Position numbers and translations under genes: made by a program. A stretch of 64,000 nucleotides of DNA. Source: Hemiscyllium ocellatum. Taxonomy: Eukaryota. Numbering within the stretch: the stretch's first letter is position 1; each line of letters begins with the position of its first letter. Below, piece by piece: positions 61,801 through 64,000 of this stretch. The stretch spans positions 61,284,320 through 61,348,319 of the forward strand of contig NC_083412.1 of NCBI RefSeq assembly GCF_020745735.1. The letters run 5' to 3'. The notes under the pieces are model-generated. The model was given only the letters and a program-made list of their open reading frames with translations, did no database searches and was not told the origin of the DNA.

Positions 61801-63317
61801 CCAGTAGTACTACATGAGATCAGGACAGGAGACAAAGTAAAGGATATAGTTTAAAAAGTGCAAGAACCAAAGAACAGGTTTGGAGTGCTGTAAGAATTAG
61901 GAGCCCTTGCAATGGAAAAGCCCAAGTAGCTACGAATGAGTTAGATGGTATATTGGTAAAGAAGGCAAATAACTTAACATTTGGAGAAAGTTTGAGGTAT
62001 ACATAGAAGTTCCTGATATAGAACTACCAGCATTATCCCATAGATGGATGTGTATAGAGCAAGTAGTTGCCGATGCTCAGACCAGGTTTACAGTTGAGGG
62101 ATTTGAGAACCACTGGGGACCAAGCAGAGTGAATACATTTCCCAAAAGAGGGAAAAGTGAATTTTAGGATTTTCCTACCATTTTTGGTGATACAATTCAT
62201 GGCGTGATTTATATTCATTGGTATTAAAGCAGTATTTTTGCAAGGATGAAATTCCTAAGTTTTCTTAGGAAGCTGGAGGTATAGACAGGACATTATGGAA
62301 GGTTAATTATGCAGCCAGGGTGTGGTATTTTTCATTTGGGTCCATCCTACTGAAAGCTGGTTGTATTCAACCAAAAGCAGATCGAGTAAAGTTTTATTGG
62401 AACTGTAAAGAAAACTCGAAGGCATTTCCTTAATGCAATTCTGCGGGGAAGATCTGAGGCATTTGAGAAATTTGTGGTGGTTAAAATTATAAAGGAATCC
62501 AAAATTAGATGCTTTAGGAGTTTTTAAGAATACATAGTTATATATGGGCCTATAAAATGCTATAATGATAACCATTTGTTCTGGGACAATGTCCACTCAA
62601 TAAAGAGTAAAACATAAAAGAGGTTGAGGATTGATCTAATGAGTTGGAAAGAGATGTTGAAAATAAAAGTTGATTTCTGAAATGAAATCGAATGATACAG
62701 AACACCAGCTATTAGATTGTTTCACAAAAAGGGCAGAATCTTCCCAGCTGCTGAAAGACATGGCGATCGTATGAGATGAGAATTCTGCGAGGTACCAGCA
62801 ATGGCGAATACTTGCGCATGTGGCCAGTGGGAGAGTATGGCAAATGGGACGCCATCCAGGCATAGTACATAGGTAATGAGGCAAATTTGAAAAGAAAGCA
62901 AGAGAAACTCATTTGGTGAACTCAGAGAGAAATTCCTCCATTAAACTTGCCAAAACTAACAGCCGATTTCTGGCAAAACTCAGTCTTAGAGGAATGTCTT
63001 GCATAATAATAAATTAAAAGACTACAAAGATATTCATGTTGTCATCTCACTGAAGTTCCTTTTAGCTTCCAAGGTAGGGGTAATGTGGAGCATGGTAACT
63101 GTCAATTGTATAATTATCTAATAAAAAAAAGTATTAGCATGATGTATTTTTTATGATTAGTACTTTTTTGCATTCTAATTTAGTTTATAGAAAATGAACT
63201 AGATTCTGTTGATAGTTGTTACATACTTGATAATTGAAGGCAATAAGGTAAACAAGCATCAGTGATTAGTTAATTACACATAGAGGTCTATATGAACAAC
63301 AGCAAACTAGCACAAGG
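58807..63317 (+). mobile_element. Ancient Ty1/Copia LTR retrotransposon (GalEa-like), two LTRs, many stops and deletions
   Basis: 5' LTR 58807-59025 and 3' LTR from 63207 are alignable; PBS TGGTAACAGAAG at 59027; gag FDKIRK..IEFN*LY.RL*KF.LEIP.SV; knuckle CFNFDSKYHDALSC (60074-60115); protease ILNCGCKSTVYG (60259); SGHYC; RT WRKFEVYIEVPD..ALSHRW..GFE, IKAVFLQG, ARVWYFS; RNase H KRLRIDL..QLLDCFTK (62706-62729). Confidence 0.85.
60494..61209 (+). mobile_element. CR1 (HER1-type) 3' part inserted in the Copia protease region
   Basis: RDLGMQVHSSLKV, LEYCMQFW, tail GAAGGATCTGTTTCTGTGCTGTACGTCTCTGTAACTCTATGAC. Confidence 0.95.
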
Positions 63318-63379
63318 TGAAGGTGAGCAGTGTGAGTTTCCTGTCTGATTGTTAATGATCTCTCAATCATTACCACCAA

Positions 63380-63500
63380 AGCTGATATTTTGATTATTAT
63401 CATGTTGCCGTTGGCGACCATATACTGCTGCCATTATACTGCTGTTCCCTACATTATACAATGCCAACACTTTAAAGAGTACATCATTGACCATAAAATT
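63380..63500 (+). mobile_element. DeuSINE 3' relic
   Basis: CTGCTGTTCCCTACATTATACAATGCCAACACTTTAAAGAGTACATCATTGAC resembles the Deu/L2 tail. Confidence 0.45.
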
Positions 63501-64000
63501 GTTCATAGCAACAGCTGCTCATGAACAACACAAATGGAAGATTTAATTGCAAATATGAATCCCAAATTGCTCAATTTGTGTGGAGTTGAGGAAAATGGTG
63601 AGGAAAATTGAGACTGCACTATATAACAGCCAAAGAGAAACCCTGGCTTTCTTAACTGTTTGATTTGAAGAGATTTAAAGATGGTAATGAAGTTCACTGT
63701 ACTTCATACACTGGCTGACTAAAACAATTTTATTATTAAATTGCTCCACGTCCGTCCCAGAATAAAATCAACATTCCTTTGCTTCAATCAGCTAGTATAT
63801 TGGATCTTGGTACTTCATAAATCTGTTTTGTTAATGATTCTTTCTTCCTAACCTTAGCAATCTCTATTGTGCCTTGCAAGATATACAGGATGCCTGATGT
63901 GGTAAAACAATTAGTAAAGTGCCTGGGAGACATTATGGCATTCCTAACAGGGGCAATGAGAGCAGAAGCCAAAGGCAGGACAACTGTTTTCTTAACTAAC

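Noticed and set aside
61786-61809. AEWAAPVV, resembling the Gypsy RT motif
   Set aside because: No other Gypsy RT motifs follow; it lies in the Copia integrase-RT linker and is likely a chance match.
62731-62745. GGGCAGAATCTTCCC as a DNA-transposon TIR
   Set aside because: It is in frame with the Copia RNase H end (CFTKRAESSQ).

Overview
Eukaryotic, repeat-rich genomic DNA. It is almost certainly from a shark or other elasmobranch, inferred from HE1/V-SINE-type tRNA SINEs sharing 3' tails with CR1 (HER1-type) LINEs and from DeuSINE relics. I could not identify any host protein-coding gene, and most ORF-track entries are retroelement frames or antisense shadows. The window holds about 11 CR1 LINE copies of several ages, three of them young with long RT frames. 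It has a young 5'-truncated Penelope-like element (RT + GIY-YIG, 16-bp TSD) whose 3' pseudo-LTR carries a minimal hammerhead ribozyme. About ten short or fold-back relics of Penelope pseudo-LTRs have 5' ends or inversion apices at that ribozyme. Also present: a deleted Gypsy provirus with 5-bp TSD, a heavily decayed two-LTR Copia element of apparent GalEa type, Harbinger transposase and Myb fossils, Rex1/RTE/L2 fragments, an old ~1-kb inverted duplication, a 19-bp minisatellite, and a few TE-poor segments that look regulatory. All family assignments rest on by-eye motif recognition and need database confirmation.
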